From a candidate division CPR2 bacterium GW2011_GWC2_39_10 (GTDB lineage Bacteria; Patescibacteriota; CPR2): 64,000 nt of DNA. The position numbers were made by a program, and so were the translations under genes. Where the stretch lies: contig LBVV01000009.1 in the NCBI GenBank assembly GCA_000993275.1, forward strand, positions 2,897-66,896, written 5' to 3'. The notes below the pieces were generated by a model. It had not been told where the DNA came from, did not search any database, and saw nothing but the letters and a program-made list of their open reading frames with translations. Below are positions 1 through 10,053 of the stretch, one piece after another; position 1 is the stretch's first letter, and every line of letters starts with the position of its first letter.

Positions 1-1
1 G

Positions 2-1441
2 CTTTTAGAAAAAGCCATTGAAGCAGATGATGCTTTGCTTGAAAAATATCTTGGCGGTGAAAAAATTACCACCGAAGAATTTAAATCGGCAATTCGAAAA
101 TCGGTTCTTAACGGTGATTTTTACTTAGTATTGGGCGGCGATGGAAGAGGCGTTATCGTTCAAACTCTGCTTAATGCGGTTAATGATTATTTGCCAAACC
201 CGCTTGATGTTCCGCCGGTAAAGGGTACGCATCCAAAAACCGGAGAAGAAATAGAAAGAAAAGCCTCCGACTCCGAACCTTTCTCGGCACTTGCCTTTAA
301 GATTGCCGCAGATCCTTTTGTCGGCAAACTTGCTTTCTTTAGAATTTATTCGGGAATCTTAAAATCCGGCTCATATGTTTTAAACTCCTCAACCGGACAA
401 AAGGAAAGAATCGGCCGAATACTTCGAATGCATGCAAATCACAGGGAAGACGTTCCCCAAGTTTATGCCGGAGAAATTGCAGCGGCCGTAGGTCTTAAAA
501 AAACTACAACCGGCGATACACTCTGCGATATTGACAAACCGATAATTTTAGAAAAAATTATTTTTCCGGAACCGGTTATTTCAGTTGCAATTGAGCCGAA
601 AACCAAAGCCGATCAGGAAAAAATGGGCATCGCATTATCCAGACTTGCTGAAGAAGACCCAACCTTTAGAGTAAAAACTGATGAAGAAGTTGCTCAGACT
701 ATTATTGAAGGTATGGGCGAACTTCATTTGGAAATTATCGTTGATCGAATGAAAAGGGAATTTAAGGTTGAAGCTAATGTTGGTAAACCCCAGGTTGCTT
801 ACAAAGAAACCATCCGAAAATCAACCAAAATTGAAGGTAAGTTTATTAGACAATCCGGCGGACGCGGTCAGTACGGTCATTGTTGGTTAGAGTTAGAGCC
901 GAATGAATCCGGAAAAGGTTTTGAGTTTATAAATAAAATCGTTGGCGGCGCCATTCCCAGGGAATATATTAATCCAATCGAACAGGGCGTTAAGGAAGCA
1001 ACAACTAATGGCGTTGTTGCCGGATATCCGGTAGTAGATGTTAAAGTTACCCTGTATGACGGCTCTTATCATGAGGTTGACTCGTCCGAAATGGCCTTTA
1101 AAATTGCCGGTTCCATGGCCCTGCAGGCTGGCGTCAAACAAGCCGATCCGGTCATTTTAGAACCAATTATGAGGGTGGAAGTTACCACCCCTGAAGATTT
1201 TATGGGCGACATTATGGGCGATTTAAATTCCAAAAGGGGACGAATTCAGAAAATGGACGAAAGAGCCGGCGTCAAAATTGTTGATGCTCTTGTTCCGCTT
1301 GCCGAAATGTTTGGTTATACAACCACATTAAGATCAATGTCGCAAGGACGTGCTGCATCTACAATGGAATTTGATCATTACGCTGAGGTTCCAAGAAACA
1401 TAATGGAAGAAATAATCGGAAAAAGAACAACAGCAAAGTAA
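2..1441 (+). CDS. fusA: Elongation factor G, C-terminal ~480 aa (5' end lies upstream of window)
   Basis: Frame is open from nt 2 ([20 protein letters not shown]) and continues through EF-G domain II-V motifs ([58 protein letters not shown]). Lies upstream of tuf as in str operons. Confidence 0.95.
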   Translation, partial: LLEKAIEADDALLEKYLGGEKITTEEFKSAIRKSVLNGDFYLVLGGDGRGVIVQTLLNAVNDYLPNPLDVPPVKGTHPKTGEEIERKASDSEPFSALAFKIAADPFVGKLAFFRIYSGILKSGSYVLNSSTGQKERIGRILRMHANHREDVPQVYAGEIAAAVGLKKTTTGDTLCDIDKPIILEKIIFPEPVISVAIEPKTKADQEKMGIALSRLAEEDPTFRVKTDEEVAQTIIEGMGELHLEIIVDRMKREFKVEANVGKPQVAYKETIRKSTKIEGKFIRQSGGRGQYGHCWLELEPNESGKGFEFINKIVGGAIPREYINPIEQGVKEATTNGVVAGYPVVDVKVTLYDGSYHEVDSSEMAFKIAGSMALQAGVKQADPVILEPIMRVEVTTPEDFMGDIMGDLNSKRGRIQKMDERAGVKIVDALVPLAEMFGYTTTLRSMSQGRAASTMEFDHYAEVPRNIMEEIIGKRTTAK

Positions 1442-1472
1442 TAAACAATAAGCAAGAAACAATAAACAAAAA

Positions 1473-1493
1473 AGCCTCGAAAGGGGCTTTTTT
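1473..1493 (+). terminator. Rho-independent terminator after fusA
   Basis: Hairpin agcctc-gaaa-ggggct followed by a T run, about 30 nt after the fusA stop. Confidence 0.55.
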
Positions 1494-1500
1494 GTTTCTT

Positions 1501-1540
1501 TCGTCATTGCGAAGGAGCGAAGCGACTGCGGCAATCTCAT
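1501..1540 (+). repeat. Short variant of the 'cgtcattgcgaa...tgcggcaatct' repeat (family A)
   Basis: tcgtcattgcgaaggagcgaagcgactgcggcaatctcat shares both ends with the 97-nt copies at 1722 and 6206. Confidence 0.6.
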
Positions 1541-1721
1541 GGGAACACGATTAATGTCTCAGCCAAAGGTTGATCCGCCCTGGAGCGAGACAGGTCTTGG
1601 GCGGAAAATGCCAAATTACAAATAAGAAATATCAAAAAAGTATTAAGAATTGGAATATAGAATTTAGAATATGGTTTTTCTGCTTTATGCCATATTCTTT
1701 ATTCTCGCAAGTATTTGTCAT

Positions 1722-1818
1722 GTAACTGCTCACAATCGTCATTGCGAACGATCCGGCAGCCGCCGGAGAGTGCGGCAATCTTGTTTCAAGCAGAGGAGAT
1801 TGCTTCGTTTCACTCGCA
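1722..1818 (+). repeat. 97-nt intergenic repeat, family A copy 1
   Basis: gtaactgctcacaatcgtcattgcgaacgatccggcagccgccggagagtgcggcaatcttgtttcaagcagaggagattgcttcgtttcactcgca. Same orientation and 96/97 identical to 6206-6302. Contains internal hairpins ccggc-agc-gccgg and gcaatct...agattgc. Confidence 0.9.
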
Positions 1819-2132
1819 TTTGTCATTTTCAGCGCTTTTTTGTTCAAAATTCCAAAAAATTGTCTTCATGGGAAGTATTTAAACTATCTAATCTAACCTA
1901 CATTGATCTATTAAAGTTTATTATTATGAAAATGTAATTTTTGAAGCTATAAATTTAGTACCTTAACAGTGCTTGATCATTGTGGTCTAAAACCTGCAGG
2001 TTTAGCGGGGCCAAGCTTTAGGAACTCGAGAAGAGTTCCTAAAGACAGCTCATTACATAAAAAAAGGGGGGCAAAAGAAGTCACTACAAAAGGAGCCATA
2101 GCTGGCTTCTTTTGTTATTTCTAACAAAATAC

Positions 2133-2161
2133 TTGCAAAAAAAGAAAAAAGTAGGTATAAT
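2133..2161 (+). promoter_or_regulatory. Sigma70-type promoter for tuf-rpsJ
   Basis: ttgcaa (2133-2138), 17-nt spacer, tataat (2156-2161), about 95 nt upstream of the tuf ATG. Confidence 0.55.
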
Positions 2162-2256
2162 TTTTAAAGTTAGTGGAAGAGTAAAGTCGTCCACGATTTA
2201 ATTTGTAGACCAACACTAAACTTAAACAAAACCTATAAAAAGAAAGAAAGGAAAAT

Positions 2257-3438
2257 ATGGCAGAAAAATTTCAAAGAAATAAAACCCATGTCAATGTTGG
2301 TACAATTGGTCACGTTGACCATGGAAAAACCACACTTACTGCTGCTATTACCCACGTACTTGCTAAAAAGGGTCTAGCTAAAGCAGAGAAATACGAAGAT
2401 ATCGATAATGCCCCCGAAGAAAAAGAAAGAGGCATTACTATCGCAACTCATCACTCTGAATATGAATCAGAGAAAAGACATTATGCTCACGTGGATTGTC
2501 CGGGTCATGCCGACTATGTTAAAAACATGATTACCGGTGCAGCCCAAATGGACGGTGCTATTTTAGTTGTATCTGCGGCTGACGGGCCAATGCCTCAGAC
2601 CAGAGAGCATATTCTTTTAGCTCACCAAGTTGGTGTTCCACATATGGTTGTTTACATGAACAAAACCGATATGGTTGACGATCCAGAATTAATTGACTTG
2701 GTAGAAATGGAAATTAGAGAGCTTCTATCCAAATACGAATTTCCCGGTGATGACACCCCAATTATTAAAGGATCAGCCCTAAAGGCACTAGAGGGCGATA
2801 AAGACGCCGAACAGTCAATTCTGGACTTAATAGATGCCGTAGACTCTTTTATACCGGATCCAAAACGAGAAATCGACAAACCTTTCTTAATGGCAGTTGA
2901 AGATGTTTTCTCAATTAAAGGACGAGGTACAGTTGCTACCGGAAGAATTGAAAGGGGCAAAGTTAAGGTTAATGAAGAAGTTGAAATAGTAGGTATTCAC
3001 CCAACCAGAAAAACAGTTGTAACCGGCGTTGAAATGTTTAGAAAACTTTTAGACGAAGGTTTCGCCGGCGATAACGTTGGACTACTACTTCGAGGCGTTG
3101 AAAAAGACGACATCGAAAGAGGCCAGGTTGTTATCAAGCCGGGCTCTATTACTCCTCATACAGAATTTGACAGTGAAATATATATTCTAACCAAGGATGA
3201 AGGCGGACGACATACCCCTTTCTTCAAGGGTTACAAACCTCAGTTTTATATTAGAACAACTGACGTTACCGGTGAAGTTACTTTACCTTCAGGTGTAGAA
3301 ATGGTTATGCCTGGCGATACGGTTAAATTAGGAATTAAGTTAATTGCTCCAATTGCAATGGAAGATGGAATGAGATTTGCAATCCGCGAAGGTGGTCGAA
3401 CCGTAGGCGCCGGAGTAGTAACTAAGATCATAAAATAA
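2257..3438 (+). CDS. tuf: Elongation factor Tu
   Basis: 393 aa. [11 protein letters not shown]-loop, [12 protein letters not shown], and the full EF-Tu domain II/III sequence. RBS gaaagg is upstream. Confidence 0.98.
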   Translation: MAEKFQRNKTHVNVGTIGHVDHGKTTLTAAITHVLAKKGLAKAEKYEDIDNAPEEKERGITIATHHSEYESEKRHYAHVDCPGHADYVKNMITGAAQMDGAILVVSAADGPMPQTREHILLAHQVGVPHMVVYMNKTDMVDDPELIDLVEMEIRELLSKYEFPGDDTPIIKGSALKALEGDKDAEQSILDLIDAVDSFIPDPKREIDKPFLMAVEDVFSIKGRGTVATGRIERGKVKVNEEVEIVGIHPTRKTVVTGVEMFRKLLDEGFAGDNVGLLLRGVEKDDIERGQVVIKPGSITPHTEFDSEIYILTKDEGGRHTPFFKGYKPQFYIRTTDVTGEVTLPSGVEMVMPGDTVKLGIKLIAPIAMEDGMRFAIREGGRTVGAGVVTKIIK

Positions 3439-3463
3439 GGTAAGTTTTTAAGGAGTAGGAACT

Positions 3464-3799
3464 TTGACAGCACAAGCAAAAACCCCAGAAAAGACGAAGC
3501 AAAGGATAAGAATCAGGCTAAAAGCTTATGACCATAAGATTATTGATGAGTCATGTAAGCAAATTATTGAAACTGCGGCAAGAACAGGCGCTTTGGTTGC
3601 CGGACCGGTACCGCTTCCAACTCAACGGAATGTGATTACGGTTATCAGATCTCCGCATATCGATAAAAATTCCCGGGAACAGTTCGAGATGAAAACCCAT
3701 AAAAGGCTGATTGACATCCTTGATCCCGCTCCAAAAACAATAGATTCCCTAATGAATCTAAACTTACCGGCCGGTGTAGATATCGAAATTAAGATGTAG
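3464..3799 (+). CDS. rpsJ: 30S ribosomal protein S10
   Basis: TTG start 8 nt after aggag. [21 protein letters not shown]...[23 protein letters not shown] is typical S10. Confidence 0.95.
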   Translation: MTAQAKTPEKTKQRIRIRLKAYDHKIIDESCKQIIETAARTGALVAGPVPLPTQRNVITVIRSPHIDKNSREQFEMKTHKRLIDILDPAPKTIDSLMNLNLPAGVDIEIKM

Positions 3800-3824
3800 A
3801 TAAATTAAGATGTAGATAACAAAA

Positions 3825-3854
3825 AAGAGTCAGGCAGTTGCCAGACTCTTTTTT
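3825..3854 (+). terminator. Rho-independent terminator after rpsJ
   Basis: aagagtcaggca / tgccagactctt stem (one mismatch) followed by tttttt. Separates rpsJ from the rest of the S10 cluster. Confidence 0.65.
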
Positions 3855-3995
3855 AATGTCAAATGTCAAATTACAAAATATTTAGTTATTGGCATTAATT
3901 AATATCATTTGGTGGTTATTTTTTTTGTTTTAATCAAACGATTGCGATTTTGCTTTTTGCTTTATATACTTATGATATAAATAAAAGAGGGTGAA

Positions 3996-6068
3996 ATGTT
4001 TTCTAAAATAAAATCCGGTTTTAAGTCGCATAAAAAATTAGTTGTTATTCTATTTTCGTCTTTTTTAATTTTAGGGCTATCGGGCGGAATTTATTATTTT
4101 GACTATTTTAGAGATTCCATAAGTCCGAACATAATATCTAAAAAAAAACCTACTCCTACTCCAAAACTTGAACCATTAAAAGTATCGGATAACAATCTTA
4201 AAAAGTTTTCTTCCTGCAGCACCTTAACTAGCGTTTTTGAAAACAGAAAAAAAGAGCAGCAAAACAGACTTATGGAATTTGCTGCAACGGCACCCGCAGA
4301 TCCTCCGGGCAAGGGCGGCGGAGGCGGCGAATATTCTGAAACCAATGTTCAGGTTGAGGGTGTAGATGAGGGAGATATCGTTAAAACTGATGGTGATTAT
4401 ATTTACACTATTGTTAAAGAGAAGGCCATTAAAATTGTTAAGGCCTTGCCTGCTAACAATATTTCGCTGTCTTCAACTATTAATTTCCCCGACAATTATG
4501 CCGTAAAAGAGTTATTTTTAGATGGAAATAAGTTGGTTGCTCTTGGAAATTCAGCAATCAAAGCCCGGGGCATTACAAATGTGCCGGAATGGTATTCGGA
4601 TTATAATTTTAATGAGGTTTACACTTTTATTAAAATTTGGGATATTACTGATCGGAATAATCCTAATCTGGTTCGTGACCTGCAGTATCAGGGTAATTAT
4701 TCGACTTCCAGAAAAATTAGCAGCTCGGTTTATGTGGTTGTAAATACTGCTCCGGATTTTGAAATTATTAATAAAGACGCTAAGGCTGACCAATATATTC
4801 CCAAAATATCCACGTCTGTTGGATCTTCTCAGTATAAGCCGGCTTGCGAATGTCAGGACGTGCATTATCTCACTTCCTTAAATTCAAAAAAGGAAACCAC
4901 CGAGGCAGAAGATATTAGGAATTTAAAAGATAGCAATTTTGTTTCGGTGATTACTATTAAGGCTCAAGATGTAAGCGCAGATCCGGACAAAAAAGTGATT
5001 GTTGCAAGTACCGATAAGGCTTATGCCTCAGCTAAAAATCTTTATTTAGCAGAGCCGCAATATCCGGAATTAACGACAAATGGGACAGTTTCGAATTTAA
5101 TTCCGGATAGCAATAATACGGCTATTCATAAATTTGCCCTTTCGGCAGAAAGAACCGATTATTTATCAAGCACTATAGTTCCGGGCGAAGTCTTAAACAA
5201 ATACTCGATGGACGAATATAACGATCATCTTAGAATTGCAACCACCAAGGGCAATGTGTGGAACCAAACCACAAAATCAACAAACAATTTGTATGTTTTA
5301 GATAAAAACTTTAAATTAGTGGGCAAAATAGAAGGCTTGGCCGAAGGGGAACATATCTATTCGGCAAGATTTGTGGGAGAAAGAGGCTATCTGGTTACAT
5401 TTAAAAAAGTAGATCCTTTTTTCACCCTGGACCTTAAAGATCCGGCCAGTCCCAAAGTGGTCGGTCAATTAAAGATTCCGGGTTATAGCGATTATCTACA
5501 TCCGATAGACGAAAACCATATTATAGGCATCGGAAAAAACACCATTGAAGCACAGCAGGAGTTAGAAAGCGAGCGAAGGGTTGATTTTGCCTGGTATCAA
5601 GGAATAAAAATGGCAATATTTGATGTGACCGATTTTGCAAATCCAAAGGAAATGCATAAGGTTACCATAGGCGATAGGGGAACGGATTCTTACGCCTTAC
5701 ATGACCCCAAAGCTTTTCTTTACGATAAAAAGAAAAATTTATTAGTCATTCCAATTTTGCTTGCCGAAATGTCCGAGACTCAGAAAAAGCAAGCGGAAGA
5801 TTGGGAATACGGCGCCAATACTTATCAGGGATCTTATGTTTATAATGTAACCCTAGATGCGGGTTTCGAACTTAGGGGCAGGGTCACTCATTATTCGGAA
5901 AATCATTTTAAGGATATCGAAAATAACATGTCATATTATTATTACGGCGACGATAAATCTATAGCCAGATCTTTATATATTGGTGATAATCTTTATACCG
6001 TCTCCAATGGTAAAATTATGGTTAATAATCTATCCAATTTATCCAAACTAAAAGAACTAAGTCTATAG
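3996..6068 (+). CDS. Secreted or membrane-anchored beta-propeller domain protein (Beta_propel-family-like)
   Basis: 690 aa with an N-terminal TM/signal segment. C-terminal half has the family signature YSARFVGERGYLVTFKKVDPFFTLDLKDPASPKVVGQLKIPGYSDYLHPIDENHIIGIG. Family call is from memory of the motif. Confidence 0.7.
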   Translation: MFSKIKSGFKSHKKLVVILFSSFLILGLSGGIYYFDYFRDSISPNIISKKKPTPTPKLEPLKVSDNNLKKFSSCSTLTSVFENRKKEQQNRLMEFAATAPADPPGKGGGGGEYSETNVQVEGVDEGDIVKTDGDYIYTIVKEKAIKIVKALPANNISLSSTINFPDNYAVKELFLDGNKLVALGNSAIKARGITNVPEWYSDYNFNEVYTFIKIWDITDRNNPNLVRDLQYQGNYSTSRKISSSVYVVVNTAPDFEIINKDAKADQYIPKISTSVGSSQYKPACECQDVHYLTSLNSKKETTEAEDIRNLKDSNFVSVITIKAQDVSADPDKKVIVASTDKAYASAKNLYLAEPQYPELTTNGTVSNLIPDSNNTAIHKFALSAERTDYLSSTIVPGEVLNKYSMDEYNDHLRIATTKGNVWNQTTKSTNNLYVLDKNFKLVGKIEGLAEGEHIYSARFVGERGYLVTFKKVDPFFTLDLKDPASPKVVGQLKIPGYSDYLHPIDENHIIGIGKNTIEAQQELESERRVDFAWYQGIKMAIFDVTDFANPKEMHKVTIGDRGTDSYALHDPKAFLYDKKKNLLVIPILLAEMSETQKKQAEDWEYGANTYQGSYVYNVTLDAGFELRGRVTHYSENHFKDIENNMSYYYYGDDKSIARSLYIGDNLYTVSNGKIMVNNLSNLSKLKELSL

Positions 6069-6205
6069 TAAAAAAACCGCCCCATCATGGGATAGTCTCT
6101 CTCATTTGAGTCTCAATTGGATTACTAAAATCTCCATCTAAATGACTTAAGGCTGGCAGGAAATCGGAAAGACAACTAAAAAAATGAGTGTAACCCAGGC
6201 CCTTT

Positions 6206-6302
6206 GTAACTGCTCATAATCGTCATTGCGAACGATCCGGCAGCCGCCGGAGAGTGCGGCAATCTTGTTTCAAGCAGAGGAGATTGCTTCGTTTCACTCG
6301 CA
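6206..6302 (+). repeat. 97-nt intergenic repeat, family A copy 2
   Basis: Differs from 1722-1818 only at one position (cataat vs cacaat). Confidence 0.9.
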
Positions 6303-6400
6303 AAAAACTGCTTAAAATGTGCTAAAATTTAAAATCAAACAAAAATGCAACTTTACAATTAAATGAAAAATGTCAGCACTGATTTAGGAGGGGAATTAAA

Positions 6401-6766
6401 ATGAAAAGGTTGAATGATTTTAGTATCTATGCGAAATTGATTATTTTCGGAATAATGATTGAAATTTTAAGTTTATTTCTGCCGATGGTTTTTATTAAAT
6501 TATTGCCCTACGTATTGCCCAACATAGTAACTGTGTCGGAAATCCCATTTCCAGTTTTAATGATTCTCAATCTTCGGCCAACATTAGGCCATTATGGATT
6601 TATTTGCATCATGGCTGGATTAGATTATTACTTTTGGCGCAATAATAGCCCTGATGAAGAAAATGGACATTTATATCTATCAAGGCTAGTCATTAAGCAT
6701 TCCCCCGCATTGTTAATGGTTATTTACTCGATAGACTATTTCATTTTTACACGTTTTATTAATTGA
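6401..6766 (+). CDS. Hypothetical small membrane protein
   Basis: 121 aa with several hydrophobic segments. Strong RBS taggagggg 8 nt upstream. No recognisable family. Confidence 0.5.
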   Translation: MKRLNDFSIYAKLIIFGIMIEILSLFLPMVFIKLLPYVLPNIVTVSEIPFPVLMILNLRPTLGHYGFICIMAGLDYYFWRNNSPDEENGHLYLSRLVIKHSPALLMVIYSIDYFIFTRFIN

Positions 6767-6819
6767 TGAATGTCGGCACATTTCGCACTGGCAAGATAAC
6801 TGTTTTGAGGAGGTCTATT

Positions 6820-7341
6820 ATGAAAACTACAAGCAGTGGAATTATCGTTGCGCGGCATGTAATCGAGACGATTAAATTGGCACCGATTAGGATAGATCAT
6901 GATCTTGAGTTTGCGAGAATAATAGAGGGCTTATACGGCCACGATTCTGGCATCAACTACACCAATATCCCTGATTGCAACGCAGGAAAAAATGGCATCG
7001 AGGAGGCAAGCCTTTTTCTTGTCAGGCCCGTTCCTTATTGGCAGGTGTGGTTAACAGACAGGGTTTTGTCATTGCTTGATGAAGCAGGATTTGTCCAAGA
7101 AGAGTTTCCTACCCTGTTTTCGCTCATGGGTCATGCCGAAGAACTTTGCAAAGCACGTATTGATAACATCTCGGCTCTTGGTGAGCACTCTCGTTGGAGG
7201 CATTCCAACGGCAATATCTTTGCTCCGTTTATGTCGCTATACGCTGCTAAATTCGGTTATCCTGCATTTTGCGAATTCGAAAGTAAATTTATCGGGAGCA
7301 AATGGTCGGAAGATAATTGGCTTGTTGTCCGCCACAAGTAG
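6820..7341 (+). CDS. Hypothetical protein (orphan)
   Basis: ORF 6763-7341. I prefer the ATG at 6820 because gaggagg lies 6 nt upstream. No family recognised. Looks G+C-richer than neighbours by eye. Confidence 0.5.
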   Translation: MKTTSSGIIVARHVIETIKLAPIRIDHDLEFARIIEGLYGHDSGINYTNIPDCNAGKNGIEEASLFLVRPVPYWQVWLTDRVLSLLDEAGFVQEEFPTLFSLMGHAEELCKARIDNISALGEHSRWRHSNGNIFAPFMSLYAAKFGYPAFCEFESKFIGSKWSEDNWLVVRHK

Positions 7342-7397
7342 TTTTTAAGACATAGGAATTTGAATTATTAATTCTTTAATTCCTTCGGTCCCAAACG

Positions 7398-7433
7398 GGC
7401 GATTTTGACTTTAAGTTGAGATCGCCTTTTTTT
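7398..7433 (+). terminator. Putative terminator after the orphan gene
   Basis: ggcgat ... atcgcc stem with a long loop, followed by ttttttt. Confidence 0.4.
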
Positions 7434-7496
7434 ATTGTTGTTTTTAACCCATAAACCCATTGACCAATTAACCCATCCCACCCGCTAATTTTCTTC

Positions 7497-7525
7497 TTGA
7501 CAAATTGAGCTTAAAACCTTATACT
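7497..7525 (+). promoter_or_regulatory. Sigma70-type promoter for the rplC operon
   Basis: ttgaca (7497-7502), 17-nt spacer, tatact (7520-7525), then a ~117-nt leader before rplC. Confidence 0.6.
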
Positions 7526-7642
7526 TTTTAAGGTAATATTTTATAAAGAAATACTTACAGTATCAAGCGGGGAGTTGGAGCAGTCCGGCGAATGTCGGAA
7601 ACTTTCTAACTGTCCGAAATATTTGTTTGTCTAGGAAACAAA

Positions 7643-8269
7643 ATGAAAGCAGTTTTAGGTAAAAAAGTTGGAATGACCAGAATTTTCGCCGAAAACGGTA
7701 AAATTACACCCGTTACGGTTATTGAAGTTACTCCAAATACTGTCATCCAAATTAAAACCGCAGGCAAAGACGGATACAATGCAGTTCAAATTGGTTTCGG
7801 TAACGTAAAAAATATAAAAAAGCCTCAGGCCGGTCACTTAAAAAAGGCAAAAGTTGAAGCAAAATATTTAAAAGAAGTCCCCTCAATTGACATAGAAACT
7901 GCCGAAGGGCAGGAGCCTAAGGAGCTAAAAGTAGGGGATCAAATTTTAGTTGACATCTTTAACTCCGGCGATAAGGTTGAAGCTGTCGGTGTTTCCAAGG
8001 GCAAGGGCTTTGCCGGCACCATTAAAAGACACAACTTTAGTAGAGGCCCAAAATCGCACGGCTCTCATAATGTCAGAAAACCCGGTTCTATCGGAGCCAT
8101 GTTTCCGCAGCACGTTTTCAAGGGTCAGAAAATGCCTGGAAGAATGGGACATATTCAGGTTACCACCAAAAATTTAGAAATAGTTACAGTAGATAAAGAG
8201 AATAATTTATTAACAATTAAAGGCGCTGTGCCCGGACCGGCAAAAGGGCTAATAGTAATTAGAGGTTAA
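7643..8269 (+). CDS. rplC: 50S ribosomal protein L3
   Basis: MKAVLGKKVGMTRIF...GVSKGKGFAGTIKRHNF. First gene of the restarted S10-cluster order. Confidence 0.97.
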   Translation: MKAVLGKKVGMTRIFAENGKITPVTVIEVTPNTVIQIKTAGKDGYNAVQIGFGNVKNIKKPQAGHLKKAKVEAKYLKEVPSIDIETAEGQEPKELKVGDQILVDIFNSGDKVEAVGVSKGKGFAGTIKRHNFSRGPKSHGSHNVRKPGSIGAMFPQHVFKGQKMPGRMGHIQVTTKNLEIVTVDKENNLLTIKGAVPGPAKGLIVIRG

Positions 8270-8270
8270 A

Positions 8271-8945
8271 ATGAAAGCTCCGGTTTACGACATTAAAACC
8301 GATAAAAAAGAAGACAAAACCTTAAAAGACAAAGTTTTCGGTTTGGAAATAAATAAGCCGCTTTTGTCTGAAGTTGCTATTTTAATGCAGTCAAACCTTA
8401 GAGTCGGTTCCGCTAAAACCAAAACCAAGGGTGAAATTTCCGGCGGCGGCAGAAAACCGTGGAAACAAAAAGGTACCGGCAGAGCAAGAACCGGATCTAT
8501 CCGAAATCCAATTTGGCGAGGCGGCGGCACAACTTTTGGGCCAACCGGCGAACAAAATTTTAAAAAGCTTATTCCAATTAAGAAAAGAAGAGCTGCTCTT
8601 TTAAATGCGCTATCTTTAAAAGCTAAAGAAAAGCAAATTATTATGATAAAAGAAGTTCTAGTTAAAGAACCAAAAACCAAAGTAATGACTGAGGTTTTAG
8701 CCAAGATTCCTGTTTCCGGCCGAATTTTAATGGTTTTACCGGAACATAATGAAGTTTTTTACAAATCCGGCCGAAATATTCCAAATCTAAAAATGGTTGT
8801 TTATAAAGAGTTAAATACTCTGGAAGTTCTGCGTGCCGACTACTTAGTTTTAGTTAACGGCGTAGAAGCAAAACTGGAAGAGCTTGCGGTAGCCGGTAAA
8901 CCGAAAGAGCTTGCATTGAGTAAACCTAAGGGAGCGGCAAAATAA
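8271..8945 (+). CDS. rplD: 50S ribosomal protein L4
   Basis: GGGRKPWKQKGTGRARTGSIRNPIWRGGGTTFGP motif. Conserved position. Confidence 0.97.
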   Translation: MKAPVYDIKTDKKEDKTLKDKVFGLEINKPLLSEVAILMQSNLRVGSAKTKTKGEISGGGRKPWKQKGTGRARTGSIRNPIWRGGGTTFGPTGEQNFKKLIPIKKRRAALLNALSLKAKEKQIIMIKEVLVKEPKTKVMTEVLAKIPVSGRILMVLPEHNEVFYKSGRNIPNLKMVVYKELNTLEVLRADYLVLVNGVEAKLEELAVAGKPKELALSKPKGAAK

Positions 8946-9229
8946 TGAGTTTAGTAGTTATAAAAGAACCAGTTATATCAGAAAAATCGATTACCCAAGC
9001 CGATAAGGGTATCTACATTTTTAAAGTTGCGAAAAGCGCCAATAAACTTATAGTTAAAGAAGCGGTTGAATCAACTTTTAAAGTGAAAGTTACCAATGTA
9101 AACATGTTGATCACCAAGGGTAAAAGAAGACGATTTGGTCGCAAGGGAAAAATGGGCAAAATGGTGGATGTTAAAAAAGCCATTGTTACCTTAAAAGAAG
9201 GCGATAAAATCGAGATAATGAAAGGATAA
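8945..9229 (+). CDS. rplW: 50S ribosomal protein L23
   Basis: 94 aa, [30 protein letters not shown] pattern. Lies between rplD and rplB. Confidence 0.95.
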   Translation: MSLVVIKEPVISEKSITQADKGIYIFKVAKSANKLIVKEAVESTFKVKVTNVNMLITKGKRRRFGRKGKMGKMVDVKKAIVTLKEGDKIEIMKG

Positions 9230-9231
9230 AA

Positions 9232-10050
9232 ATGCCGGTAGTTAAAGTTAAACCGACAACAAACGCAAGAAGAGGAATGACAGTTGATACTTTCTCAGAT
9301 ATCACAAAGAAAAAACCTGAGAAGTCTTTATTGGTACCTTTAAAAAAGAATGCCGGCAGATCACACGGTAAAATTACAATTAGGCATAGAGGCGGCGGCG
9401 CAAAAAGAATGTATAGACTTATAGATTTTAAGCAGTTTACTTATAAAAATGCTACAGTTGAGTCAATAGAGTATGATCCAAACAGATCGGCCAGAATTGC
9501 ACTTATTTCTTTTGATGGCGGTAAGGGCTATATGATTTCGCCTCAGGGACTTAAGGTTGGTGCAGAATTAGAATTTGGCGAGGAAGCCGAACCAAAAACA
9601 GGAAACAGAATGAGTTTAAAAAGGATTCCTGTTGGTACCCAAGTATTTAATATCGAAATTTATCCGGGTAGGGGCGCCCAGCTGGTAAGATCGGCTGGTG
9701 TTTCTGCTCAGATCGTGGGTCGTGAGGAAGGATTTATTCACGTTCGAATGCCGTCAGGCGAAATTAGACTTATAAACGAAAATTCCTGGGCAAGTATTGG
9801 TAATGTTTCTAATCCGGAACACGGTCTTATAAAAATTGGCAAAGCCGGCAGAAAAAGATGGATGGGTATTAGACCCACCGTTCGCGGTAAAGCCATGAAC
9901 CCCGTTGACCATCCGCATGGTGGCGGTGAAGGCGGATGCGATATCGGTTTGATCCATCCGAAAACCCCTTGGGGTGCTCCGGCTCTCGGATACAAAACCA
10001 GAAGAACGCCAAATAAAATGGTTATAAGATCAAGGAAGAAAAAGAGGTAA
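9232..10050 (+). CDS. rplB: 50S ribosomal protein L2
   Basis: [16 protein letters not shown]...[13 protein letters not shown] hallmark. Confidence 0.98.
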   Translation: MPVVKVKPTTNARRGMTVDTFSDITKKKPEKSLLVPLKKNAGRSHGKITIRHRGGGAKRMYRLIDFKQFTYKNATVESIEYDPNRSARIALISFDGGKGYMISPQGLKVGAELEFGEEAEPKTGNRMSLKRIPVGTQVFNIEIYPGRGAQLVRSAGVSAQIVGREEGFIHVRMPSGEIRLINENSWASIGNVSNPEHGLIKIGKAGRKRWMGIRPTVRGKAMNPVDHPHGGGEGGCDIGLIHPKTPWGAPALGYKTRRTPNKMVIRSRKKKR

Positions 10051-10053
10051 GAT

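Noticed and set aside
1632-1937. ORFs 1671-1937 (plus strand) and 1632-1847 (minus strand) in the fusA-tuf spacer.
   Set aside because: They are translations of the 97-nt family A repeat; the same peptide would be encoded at 6206-6302 without an ORF. No RBS is present.
7526-7642. rplC leader as an L4-binding S10-leader-type attenuator.
   Set aside because: I could not recognise the E. coli-type leader structure, and rpsJ is not the first gene here. There is no basis beyond position.
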